Shown here: positions 39,078 to 47,758 of the stretch, piece after piece
How the letters are laid out: each line of letters begins with the position of its first letter
Numbering within the stretch: the stretch's first letter is position 1
Assembly (NCBI GenBank): GCA_047242425.1
Contig: JBKTKJ010000001.1
Span: 1,529,120 to 1,593,119 of the forward strand
Length of the DNA: 64,000 nt
Origin: Eubacterium sp.
GTDB taxonomy: Bacteria; Bacillota; Clostridia; Lachnospirales; Lachnospiraceae
Direction of reading: 5' to 3'
Program-made: the position numbers and the translations under genes
The notes under the pieces: model-generated
Told to the model about the DNA's origin: nothing
The model's database searches: none
What the model saw: only the letters and a program-made list of their open reading frames with translations

Positions 39078-39995
39078 TTATAAAACTTGTTCAAACGCTC
39101 CACTATTAATTATACTCTCCACAGCAGTAATCGCAGTATCATAACTAACAAACTTATCCAATAATTTTGATGTGAGCTGTTCATAATCCGTTCGGTAAAC
39201 CTGCTCATCCACAATATGTCTTAATATCATTGGAACATCTATCTCCGGTTGAGCCGATAGACAAGTTTTAGATTTCGTTCTAACCAAACGCACTTCTTTT
39301 GCTAATTTGCTGAAATTATCATCTTGTGGTACCAGTGGCAATAGTTTGTATATGTCATAAATATGCCTTGAATGCTTTCGCACTCTATTTCTTAAATAAT
39401 AATCACATATCGCAAAAACTTTATCTATCAATGTCCGATTAATCTCCTGTACTTTCATAGTAAATGGAGACAATTGATATTCTTCTATAAGTTCAGGAGC
39501 TTCATATTCCAACATTTCACCGATTAAACTACTAACCGGCAGTTCAATTGTTGGAAAAGATACAGCGATAAATGACGTTTCGACTATTACTACCGGTACA
39601 ACAGCTTCATCTATTAAAGACAACACTGTATCATAAGCGATTTCATAACGATTATAATCTCTTCTGCTTCTAGTGTTTTCTATATTTTGAATATGCATTC
39701 CAAGTTGTTCAGCGATTTCCACGATTGCATATTTCAACTTTTTCTTCTGCCCTTGAGATAATGAAATATCAATTGTTATATCGATATCCTCCGAAAATCT
39801 ATTAATTACCCTATAGCACTTTGATAAGGAAGTTCCACCTTTAAACACAATATAAGGTATTCGTTTTGATAGTTCCCTAAGAATCACAGTTACATAATAA
39901 TCTTTCTCAACAATATCTGAAGCTATACCTTTATGATATGCCACGAGCTCAATAGCTTCACTAAATTGTTCTTTTTGTTTATGCAGATATTCCAT
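39078..39995 (-). CDS. abiEii: nucleotidyltransferase AbiEii/AbiGii toxin (type IV TA / abortive infection)
   Basis: 305 aa. IVEKDYYVTVILRELS...VFKGGTSLSKCY..INRFSEDIDI, typical of DUF1814/AbiEii. Confidence 0.85.
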   Translation of the reverse strand: MEYLHKQKEQFSEAIELVAYHKGIASDIVEKDYYVTVILRELSKRIPYIVFKGGTSLSKCYRVINRFSEDIDITIDISLSQGQKKKLKYAIVEIAEQLGMHIQNIENTRSRRDYNRYEIAYDTVLSLIDEAVVPVVIVETSFIAVSFPTIELPVSSLIGEMLEYEAPELIEEYQLSPFTMKVQEINRTLIDKVFAICDYYLRNRVRKHSRHIYDIYKLLPLVPQDDNFSKLAKEVRLVRTKSKTCLSAQPEIDVPMILRHIVDEQVYRTDYEQLTSKLLDKFVSYDTAITAVESIINSGAFEQVL

Positions 39996-40605
39996 TCAAT
40001 AACCCTACTTCATACATATTTTTATATATCTTATCCGGATAATAATCCAAATATGGCTGTAAATCATAAAAAGTAATTGCTATTTTTTTCATATATAGGA
40101 GTACTCGTTCAGATAATTCCTTCTTTGACACTTCAGCAACTATGTCTATATCTTTAATTAAATCAAGAAATCTTAATATTTGATAATTCTCTTCCGTAAT
40201 CTCTGCTCGCGGTTTCCTTATAATCACTCTTTCAGAACCAAGTGTAGTCTCCCGATAATCTTTAGAAGCCTTGTTTGTTATAACTTCACAAACATTTGAT
40301 ACCTGTGTAGTCAACATCAATTGATTCGCAAAAGCTACACCTCCAATATAACCACAACGAACATCTTGTTCCATCAAATATTTCTTCTCAACTACTTTTG
40401 AAAATTCCGGTACAGAACCCGACTTAAATGCGCTCTTCTTTGGAATATAATATATTCCTGTATCGTATCGTTTCAACCTACCTATATCTACAAGCCTTTT
40501 TATTTGCTGTCTTATATAATTTATTGACATATTCTCATACTGAATCTCCGAAACAAATATCGGCTCATTTTCTCCATATATTTCTAATAAAAAATCATAT
40601 AACAT
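39979..40605 (-). CDS. abiEi: AbiEi-family antitoxin / transcriptional autoregulator
   Basis: 208 aa with N-terminal wHTH-like region (IRQQIKRLVDIGRLKRYDTGIYYIP). 17-nt overlap with abiEii, upstream position. Confidence 0.75.
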   Translation of the reverse strand: MLYDFLLEIYGENEPIFVSEIQYENMSINYIRQQIKRLVDIGRLKRYDTGIYYIPKKSAFKSGSVPEFSKVVEKKYLMEQDVRCGYIGGVAFANQLMLTTQVSNVCEVITNKASKDYRETTLGSERVIIRKPRAEITEENYQILRFLDLIKDIDIVAEVSKKELSERVLLYMKKIAITFYDLQPYLDYYPDKIYKNMYEVGLLNGISA

Positions 40606-40647
40606 ATAATCACCTCAAATTTTTCAGAAGTTTTTTTCTTCACTTTT

Positions 40648-40675
40648 ATTATACATTTAATAAAAAAATAATCAA
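40648..40675 (-). promoter_or_regulatory. candidate promoter of abiEi-abiEii
   Basis: Minus strand TTGATT-16 nt (ending TG)-TATAAT. The -35 lies inside the 42-bp palindrome. Confidence 0.4.
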
Positions 40676-40712
40676 CAAAAAAATAAATATTAATATTTAT
40701 TTTTTTGTTGAT
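40671..40712. repeat. 42-bp perfect palindrome (21+21, no spacer)
   Basis: atcaacaaaaaaataaatatt / aatatttatttttttgttgat, checked base by base. Lies between the rlmH stop and the abiEi start. Confidence 0.9.
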
Positions 40713-40753
40713 AAAATTTTATTTCAGTTATGCCTTTTTAATTAAAACCTCCG

Positions 40754-41233
40754 TTATTTATGATATGGCTGATTATGAATAATCCGGTAACTCCGATATA
40801 TCTGCTCTAACAAAATCACGCGCATCAACTGATGTGGAAATGTCATTTTTGAAAAACTCAGTTTAAAATCAGCTTTCTTTGAAATTGACGAATGAAGTCC
40901 TAGTGAACCGCCAATCACAAAGACCATATGACTGGTACCGCTAATCCCCAATTTATTTATTTTATCTGCCAGTTCCAGTGAATCCGGATTTTCCCCATTT
41001 ATTTCCAGCGTTATCACATATGCATCTTCCGGTATATACTTTACTAGTCTTTCAGCTTCCTTTTGCTTAACGATTTCCTTTTCATTTTCTGTGCAGTTTT
41101 CTGTTGTTTTTTCATCTGATACCTGAATTATTTCTAATTTACAATATCTCGACAATCTTTTTGAATATTCCTTTATGGCATCTGTATAAAACTGTTCTTT
41201 AATTTTTCCTACTGCTAACACTGTAATTTTCAT
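40754..41233 (-). CDS. rlmH: 23S rRNA (pseudouridine1915-N3)-methyltransferase
   Basis: 159 aa SPOUT MTase (MKITVLAVGKIK...FVIGGSLG...LLEQIYRSYRIIHNQPYHK). Confidence 0.93.
   Translation of the reverse strand: MKITVLAVGKIKEQFYTDAIKEYSKRLSRYCKLEIIQVSDEKTTENCTENEKEIVKQKEAERLVKYIPEDAYVITLEINGENPDSLELADKINKLGISGTSHMVFVIGGSLGLHSSISKKADFKLSFSKMTFPHQLMRVILLEQIYRSYRIIHNQPYHK
40755..40771. repeat. direct repeat copy 2 (inside the rlmH 3' end)
   Basis: TATTTATGATATGGCTG. In coding orientation CAGCCATATCATAAATA, encoding Q-P-Y-H-K-stop. Confidence 0.85.
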
Positions 41234-41397
41234 AATTTTTTCCTTATAATATTTAGTTATATTGCATTTATTTTAAAATTATATCACCAATTTTCTATGT
41301 TTGAAACATACATTTACTTGTGAGAATAAAAGTTATGTTATATAATTAGATTAAGCGAAATAATCGCAGAAATTTTTACAGAAGGGAATTTAAAAAT

Positions 41398-41994
41398 ATG
41401 ACAGATAACCTTAATAACGAAAATACTAATATGAAACAGGATCTGAATATGAATTCTGATGAATCTGCCGAGAATAATATCCCTGTTAAATTACATGACT
41501 TTACCGAGAATAATGTCCCATCATACGTGAAATTATCAGATAAATATAACGATATTATGTCCTCTGCCGCTACTATGCTATTGGTCGGGATTATTGGTGT
41601 GATTTTTATAATTCTGGTTTTAACAAAGGTCATACCGATTCCTTTAAATTCTGAAACATCCTGGTTGTTTTACTCTGTGATGGGCGGAATATTTATTATC
41701 TTCATCATCTCCGGAATTGTTTCCTTTATGCATGCCAAGCAGGTAAAAATAGATGCTGATGTTGAAGATAAATTAATTGATGAAATTCTCCTCTGGTCCG
41801 ATGAGAATTTGTCTGTCAATGATTTAGATCGGGATTTAGATCTGCAGCAACCTGATGAGTTGCTTTACTTCGGTCGCGCAGACAAAATTAAATATGCCCT
41901 TATGCATCAGTTTGAGGATGCTGATGAAGCATTAATATATGAATTAACAGAACAAATTTATCAGAAACTTTATGAGAACGAAAGCAATACTTAA
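41398..41994 (+). CDS. hypothetical membrane protein (2 TM, acidic C-terminal domain)
   Basis: 198 aa with GAAGGGAA SD-like sequence upstream. No family recognised. Confidence 0.55.
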   Translation: MTDNLNNENTNMKQDLNMNSDESAENNIPVKLHDFTENNVPSYVKLSDKYNDIMSSAATMLLVGIIGVIFIILVLTKVIPIPLNSETSWLFYSVMGGIFIIFIISGIVSFMHAKQVKIDADVEDKLIDEILLWSDENLSVNDLDRDLDLQQPDELLYFGRADKIKYALMHQFEDADEALIYELTEQIYQKLYENESNT

Positions 41995-42034
41995 GTATGA
42001 ATCAAATAAAAATGTATCTACAATATCTTTTATA

Positions 42035-42071
42035 AAAAATCACGTAATGAAATATCATTACGTGATTTTTT
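42035..42071. terminator. bidirectional terminator
   Basis: aaaaaatcacgtaatga-aata-tcattacgtgatttttt, 11-bp stem with flanking A/T runs, between convergent genes. Confidence 0.75.
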
Positions 42072-42115
42072 ACTTAAATATATTTCTAAATTAAATATTA
42101 CAAAATATTTCTATA

Positions 42116-42853
42116 TTAATTTAAATTCGGAAGATTGGAAACGTACTCTTTAAACACATTCCAATTACCCTTTTTCAGATCAAATGTATCCTCCTTAAAC
42201 TCATTGATTACATATCCTTCTATCAAAAATACATCGATTCCTAATTCCCGGGCACACATATCTTCGTGTACATCATTGCCCACCATTAAACAATCCTCCG
42301 GGTCTTTATCCAGAGTCTTCAGCAAAAACTTGTAATAATTTAGGTTTGGTTTGGAATAACATGAGTTTTCATATGTAGTAATCAGTGAAAAATCATCTGA
42401 ATGAATTCCTGCCCATGCCATTCTCTCAAGAGTCGCGACCTCTGGAAAAATAGGGTTGGTAGCAACCACAACCTGATATCCTTTATTTTTTAAAAGATCA
42501 ATGCATTCTGCCACCACATCACTCGGATGTGTTATGTATCTTGCCACCCCAAAATCTTCTCTGTAGAATTTTGTGATTTCCTTTTCCAATTTTCTTTTAT
42601 ATTTTGTGTCCAGTTTTTCTTCTCCCTTAGTTAAAAAGGTTTCAAAAGCTTTCCAGAAACATTCTTCATTAGTAATCATACCATCATTGGCAATCATTGC
42701 TTTTTGTCCTGCCCATATGCCGGCAATCACTTGATCAGCATCATATCCGGCAGAAATAAGCCGGTTGCTTAACAAGAGTATATATGTATCTGTAAATTCT
42801 TTCATATCCATCGGAAGCATTGTTCCGTCTAAGTCAAAAAGTACTGTATTCAT
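42116..42853 (-). CDS. HAD family hydrolase
   Basis: 245 aa. Motif I FDLDGTM, motif III/IV region (KPNLNYY...MVGNDVHEDM). Confidence 0.85.
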   Translation of the reverse strand: MNTVLFDLDGTMLPMDMKEFTDTYILLLSNRLISAGYDADQVIAGIWAGQKAMIANDGMITNEECFWKAFETFLTKGEEKLDTKYKRKLEKEITKFYREDFGVARYITHPSDVVAECIDLLKNKGYQVVVATNPIFPEVATLERMAWAGIHSDDFSLITTYENSCYSKPNLNYYKFLLKTLDKDPEDCLMVGNDVHEDMCARELGIDVFLIEGYVINEFKEDTFDLKKGNWNVFKEYVSNLPNLN

Positions 42854-42867
42854 TAATTTAAACCTGA

Positions 42868-43596
42868 TTATTCATCCCAATTGTGATAAACCTGCTGAAC
42901 ATCTTCATCCTCATCAAGTCTATCAATTATAATGTTCATTTTCTTAATTGCTTCTTCGTCCGTTAATGATACATAATTCTGTGGAATCATAGTAACTTCA
43001 GCTTCTGCCATCTTAATCCCTGCCTGTTCTAATACTTCACGAACATTGCTGAATTCAGCCGGATCTGTAATAATTTCATAACTGTCTTCTTCCTCGGCAA
43101 AATCTTCTGCTCCCGCATCTATTGTCATCATCATTAATTCATCAGAATCCATGTCACACTGTTCCTTATCAATGATAATCTGCCCCTTTTCATCAAACAT
43201 ATAAGATACACATCCCTGTGTTCCTACATTCCCGCCACCTTTTGTAAAGCAGTTTCTAACATTGGCAGCCGTTCTGTTTTTATTATCTGTAAGAGCGTCA
43301 ACAATAATCGCAATACCGTTTGGACCATAGCCCTCGTATCTTGCTGATTCATAATTAACGGCACTGGCATTTCCTGCAGCCTTTTTAATTCCTCTTTCAA
43401 TGGTATCATTTGGCATATTGTTTGCCTTAGCCTTTGCAATTACATCGCGAAGTTTGCTGTTATTAGCAGGATCCGCTCCACCTTCCTTTACTGCCACGGC
43501 AATTTCCTTACCAATAATTGTAAACATCTTTCCTTTTGCCGCATCATTCTTCTCTTTCTTATGTTTAATATTCGCAAATTTTGAATGTCCTGACAT
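42868..43596 (-). CDS. yebC: YebC/PmpR family DNA-binding transcriptional regulator
   Basis: ORF track 42868..43689. ATG at 43594-43596 ([23 protein letters not shown]) has a GGAGAGAGG SD. Confidence 0.92.
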   Translation of the reverse strand: MSGHSKFANIKHKKEKNDAAKGKMFTIIGKEIAVAVKEGGADPANNSKLRDVIAKAKANNMPNDTIERGIKKAAGNASAVNYESARYEGYGPNGIAIIVDALTDNKNRTAANVRNCFTKGGGNVGTQGCVSYMFDEKGQIIIDKEQCDMDSDELMMMTIDAGAEDFAEEEDSYEIITDPAEFSNVREVLEQAGIKMAEAEVTMIPQNYVSLTDEEAIKKMNIIIDRLDEDEDVQQVYHNWDE

Positions 43597-43723
43597 TTGT
43601 ATCCTCTCTCCTGTATTTCTTATATTATTTATCTGTTCGCAGAACCGGAACAAAACAATCCTTTCTGCGCCCACTAGAAAGTGTATCATTTTATATTTTA
43701 ATAGTCAACTTTACTCCTATTCC

Positions 43724-44071
43724 CTATGTATCTAATTCCAGACTTACTAGCAAAGCTGCATCAACTGTTTTTAAGATTTCATTATCCAGATGACAAACCT
43801 TGTCTTTTAATCTTCTCTTATCAATGGTCCTCAGTTGTTCAAGTAAAATAACCGAATCTTTCACGATATCACATCTGTCCGAATTAATTTCAACATGAGT
43901 AGGCAATTTTGCCTTATTCATCTTTGATGTAATTGCTGCAATAATAACTGTAGGACTATGTCTGTTCCCTGTATCATTCTGAATCACAAGTACTGGTCTT
44001 ATGCCTCCCTGCTCAGAGCCAATGACCGGTCTTAAATCTGCATAATAAATATCCCCTCTTCTAATAATCAT
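43724..44071 (-). CDS. mazF: PemK/MazF family endoribonuclease toxin
   Basis: ORF track starts at GTG 44077. ATG at 44069-44071 ([33 protein letters not shown]) has GGAG 7 nt upstream. Confidence 0.88.
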   Translation of the reverse strand: MIIRRGDIYYADLRPVIGSEQGGIRPVLVIQNDTGNRHSPTVIIAAITSKMNKAKLPTHVEINSDRCDIVKDSVILLEQLRTIDKRRLKDKVCHLDNEILKTVDAALLVSLELDT

Positions 44072-44173
44072 TTCCACACTCCAAAATTCATCTTACTATA
44101 TTATAAGTATTCCATTTTTTGTAATGTGTATTCAAAGATATTAGATTATTTACAAATTTATGCAGTTTTACTA

Positions 44174-45358
44174 CTACAGCATAATCTCATAGTCATCATC
44201 ATAATAATCTTTCATTCCTACAATCTTATTGTTTTTCACAAAAACTCTCGGTACCCTTTTTCCCAAGTCACATACAAATTCATAGTTAAAGGTTCCTGCA
44301 AGAGCCGCGAGATCATCAATAAATATTTCCTCACCACCGTCTTTTCCTGCAATAGTAACCACATCTCCGGTCTTTACATCCATTCCGGTAACATCAACCA
44401 TAAACTGGTCCATACACACACGGCCTACAATATCTGCTTTCCTGCCATGTATCAGCACATATCCCTTATTACTCAGATTGCGTGGATAACCATCCCCATA
44501 ACCAATTGGTATTGTGGCAATCTTCATAGGATGTTCAGCTACGAAAGTCTGTCCATAACTGATTCCTCTGCCTGCTTCTATTTCTTTCACAAATACTACA
44601 TGACTGTAGATTGACATAGCCGGATATAGTTTCATATTCTTCCGGCTCATCTCCTCTGACGGATAAAGTCCATACATAGAAATTCCTGCCCGTGAAAGAT
44701 TCAGGGATGTTTCCGGCATTTCCATTATTGCTGCGCTGTTTGCACACTGATGAATAGGGATTTTTATACCTCTTTCTTCAATAGCTGTCACAAACTCCAT
44801 AAATTCCTTAAGCTGCTTTCTTGCAAAACCTTTGTCCGCATAATCTGCTTTCGCAAAATGAGTGAAAACAGACTCAATCTTAAGATTCGGCAAATCATTA
44901 ATCCTGACAATTTCCTCTATTGCACTATCCGACGGAATATATCCGATTCTGCTCATTCCTGTATCTACAGCAATATTAATCTTTACCGTCTTATTTAATT
45001 TCTGTGCGTGCTCCGAAAGCTTTACAGCCATTTCTAGGGAAAATACAGGAGGAATCATTTCCTCTGCAATAACCATGTCATAAGTACATTCCGGTGTATA
45101 CCCTAATATAAACAGGGGCTTTGTAATATCATGTCTTCTCAGGTTATGTCCTTCATACGCAGTGGCAACCGCATATCCATAGCATAAATCATCCAGCACC
45201 TTTGCAATCGGTACGGCTCCATGTCCATAACCGTCTGTCTTAATTACTGCAATAATTCCTGTTTTCGGTTCCAGTTTTTCTTTCATGGATTCAACATTTT
45301 TATGAATTGCATCCAAATTGATTTCTGCATAGCATCTGAAATATTTATCAATCTCCAT
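44174..45358 (-). CDS. alr: alanine racemase
   Basis: 394 aa with PLP-lysine context AVIKTDGYGHG and C-terminal LGKRVPRVF. Confidence 0.94.
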   Translation of the reverse strand: MEIDKYFRCYAEINLDAIHKNVESMKEKLEPKTGIIAVIKTDGYGHGAVPIAKVLDDLCYGYAVATAYEGHNLRRHDITKPLFILGYTPECTYDMVIAEEMIPPVFSLEMAVKLSEHAQKLNKTVKINIAVDTGMSRIGYIPSDSAIEEIVRINDLPNLKIESVFTHFAKADYADKGFARKQLKEFMEFVTAIEERGIKIPIHQCANSAAIMEMPETSLNLSRAGISMYGLYPSEEMSRKNMKLYPAMSIYSHVVFVKEIEAGRGISYGQTFVAEHPMKIATIPIGYGDGYPRNLSNKGYVLIHGRKADIVGRVCMDQFMVDVTGMDVKTGDVVTIAGKDGGEEIFIDDLAALAGTFNYEFVCDLGKRVPRVFVKNNKIVGMKDYYDDDYEIML

Positions 45359-45401
45359 TTTCCCTCCAAACTGTCTGTAACCAATGGGTATGGCTCTTTC
45401 A

Positions 45402-46874
45402 TCACTTAAATATTCTTTTTAATTCCTCTATCATATCAGTTGCCATAAGACTTGTCTTTGAAATTTTTTCTGCCGCCATATCCCCTGCAATACCATGAAT
45501 ATAAGGTGCAAGGACTGCAGCATTATCAAAGTCCACACCAACACCAATTAATCCTACCGTAATTCCTGTAAGTACATCGCCCGAACCCGCTGTTGCCATT
45601 CCACTGTTGCCGGTAAGGTTAATGAAGGTCTGTTTTTCGGTTGTAATAACTGTTCGTGCATCTTTTAAAATACAATTAACATTATACTTATAGTTAGCCA
45701 TTCTGGCATATCGAATCAAATCATCGGCAATTTTTTTCACCGGTTCTTTCACCAATCGGCTCATTTCCCCCAGATGTGGAGTGAGAATCACCTTTTTGTG
45801 AAGTTTTTTCTTTAATCTCTCATCTTCTGATATATTATTGATTCCATCTGCATCAATCACAGCCGGCAGTTTAGCATCCAAAACCCGCTCCACAATTTTT
45901 TTCTGAATCACACCTGTGGAAAGTCCCGGTCCTACCGCCACCACATCACACCAATTCAGACAGGAATCCAGAGCCTTTTCATCAAACTTTTCTGTATCAT
46001 AGGTATTCACCATAGCTTCCGGCAGCAATTTTTGAATCACCTGACGATTATCTTTGTGAGTAAATACTCTCACAAGACCTGCTCCTACCCGAAACGCTGC
46101 CGCCGCACAAAGACATGCTGCCCCCGAAATATCTCTGCTTCCTGCAATGATAAGTACCTTTCCATAGGTACCTTTATTAGAATAATTAGGCCTTGCAGGC
46201 ACAAATTTTAAATCCTCAAAAACCGCATATTTAATTGGCTGTGCCTGTCTTTCGTAAGCCTCTTCCGGAAATCCTATATCTGCAACAGTGACTTCTCCAC
46301 AGTAATCCGCACCCGGATATAACACAGTTCCTATTTTGTGGTTTCCAAAAGTTACTGTATAATCAGCCTTTACAGATACTCCCCACACCTTGCCCGTATC
46401 GGCATTGATTCCTGAAGGAATATCCACTGCATAAACAGTATTTTTCCCTTTATTGATGTTCTCAATTACCTCTGCAAATTTACCTTCCGGATTTCTGGAA
46501 AGTCCAACTCCAAAAATTGCATCTACCACAATATCCGAATCCGTAAAATGGGTGATTCGGGGAATGTTTAACTTATCTGCAATACTAAGCTGTTTCTGAA
46601 ACTCATTACTTCCTTTATTTACATCCCCTAAAATATAAATACAGGTGCTATACCCTTTCAGATATAACATCCTGCACACTGCAATGCCATCGGCACCGTT
46701 ATTGCCTGTACCTGCAACTACAAGTACTGTTTTATCCTTAGATTCATTGTTGCAGATTAACTCTGCAACGCAAAAAGCAGCTCTCTCCATTAACACCATA
46801 GATGGAATTCCAATTTGGCTGATTGTGTAATTGTCTACCTTTTTCATATCAGTACCTGAAACAATATTCTTCAT
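45402..46874 (-). CDS. nnr: bifunctional NAD(P)H-hydrate epimerase / ADP-dependent dehydratase
   Basis: 490 aa. YjeF_N (GTGNNGADG) plus carbohydrate-kinase-like C-terminus (GSGDVLTG). Confidence 0.9.
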   Translation of the reverse strand: MKNIVSGTDMKKVDNYTISQIGIPSMVLMERAAFCVAELICNNESKDKTVLVVAGTGNNGADGIAVCRMLYLKGYSTCIYILGDVNKGSNEFQKQLSIADKLNIPRITHFTDSDIVVDAIFGVGLSRNPEGKFAEVIENINKGKNTVYAVDIPSGINADTGKVWGVSVKADYTVTFGNHKIGTVLYPGADYCGEVTVADIGFPEEAYERQAQPIKYAVFEDLKFVPARPNYSNKGTYGKVLIIAGSRDISGAACLCAAAAFRVGAGLVRVFTHKDNRQVIQKLLPEAMVNTYDTEKFDEKALDSCLNWCDVVAVGPGLSTGVIQKKIVERVLDAKLPAVIDADGINNISEDERLKKKLHKKVILTPHLGEMSRLVKEPVKKIADDLIRYARMANYKYNVNCILKDARTVITTEKQTFINLTGNSGMATAGSGDVLTGITVGLIGVGVDFDNAAVLAPYIHGIAGDMAAEKISKTSLMATDMIEELKRIFK

Positions 46875-46877
46875 GTA

Positions 46878-47513
46878 CTACTCCTGTTTCTCATTATTTT
46901 CTGAAATTCTGTATGTTAGTTTCATTAAGCTTTCTGATAAATGTACATTTTCAACGATAATATCATCTGAAAAGCTTAAATCTGTGTGTGCAAAGTTCCA
47001 GAATGCCGTCACACCGCATTCAACAAGCTTTTCGGCTATTTTCCGCGCCGGCTCCTTAGGAAGCGTCAACGCAACAATTTCCACCTTATTTTCCTTTACA
47101 TAATCATAAAGATCTTCAATGTTCATTATTTCACCATTAGCGGTTTTTTTGCCAATTAATTCCGGATTTCTGTCAAACAACGCTGTGATTTCAAATCCCC
47201 TGTTCTTAAAGTTTCCGTAATTGGCAATTGCCTGTCCCAGATTACCTGCCCCTACAATAACCATTTTATGTGGTATTCCAAGTCCCAGCAATTTTCCTAT
47301 CTCATCATAAAGATATTGAACATTATATCCGTATCCCTGCTGTCCAAATCCCCCGAAATTATTCAAATCCTGTCTGATTTGGGAAGCCGTAACATTCATT
47401 AGCTTGCTTAATTCTTTAGAAGAAATACGCTCCACCTTCTGCTGACGTAGTTCATCAAGATATCGGTAATATCTTGGCAGTCTGGCAATTACAGCTTTTG
47501 ATATTTTATTCAT
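46878..47513 (-). CDS. rex: redox-sensing transcriptional repressor Rex
   Basis: ORF track 46878..47528 (TTG). ATG at 47511-47513 (MNKISKAVIARLPRYYRYL) has GAGGAG 7 nt upstream. Rossmann motif GAGNLG. Confidence 0.92.
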   Translation of the reverse strand: MNKISKAVIARLPRYYRYLDELRQQKVERISSKELSKLMNVTASQIRQDLNNFGGFGQQGYGYNVQYLYDEIGKLLGLGIPHKMVIVGAGNLGQAIANYGNFKNRGFEITALFDRNPELIGKKTANGEIMNIEDLYDYVKENKVEIVALTLPKEPARKIAEKLVECGVTAFWNFAHTDLSFSDDIIVENVHLSESLMKLTYRISENNEKQE

Positions 47514-47758
47514 TTCTATACTCCTCAAGTCTTTTGTATATCAATAATTATAATTATTCTTATATACATTGTCAAATATTTGTCATACTTCTTTATATAA
47601 AAAATACAGACTGCTTCTCCCTAATTTTACTTCATCATATCTTTGAAAATTTGCTATTTTATGATAAACTGTTTTGATGTAAGTCAATCTTTCAACCTTG
47701 AGTTTATGCTTCAACTAAAAGTTCAGGCATTTCTACTTAAGGCATTAGGAGGCAAATC

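Larger units (their letters stand above)
38517..40754. mobile_element. SCC-like islet inserted at the rlmH 3' end (GNAT + AbiEii + AbiEi), no recombinase present
   Basis: Bounded by the exact 17-bp direct repeats. Cargo is a defence/TA module plus an acetyltransferase. The insertion point equals the orfX/rlmH site used by staphylococcal SCC. Confidence 0.55.

Noticed and set aside
41376-41633. 85-aa minus-strand ORF overlapping the 41398..41994 gene
   Set aside because: The plus-strand ORF is longer and has an SD-like element and clear TM helices. The minus-strand frame has neither.
44174-44236. Acidic C-terminal tail of Alr (…KDYYDDDYEIML) as a possible fused MazE remnant
   Set aside because: Alanine racemases commonly extend 20-30 aa beyond the RVPR motif. 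There is no RHH/AbrB-like sequence, so this is pure speculation.
44126-44614. 162-aa plus-strand ORF overlapping alr
   Set aside because: Antisense to alr, with no recognisable motifs.
47543-47585. 16-bp palindrome AATAATTATAATTATT and a TTGTCA...TTGTCA pair upstream of rex as a possible Rex operator
   Set aside because: The Rex box is an inverted repeat (TTGTGAA-n-TTCACAA type). Here the TTGTCA elements are direct repeats, and the palindrome is pure A/T and likely chance.
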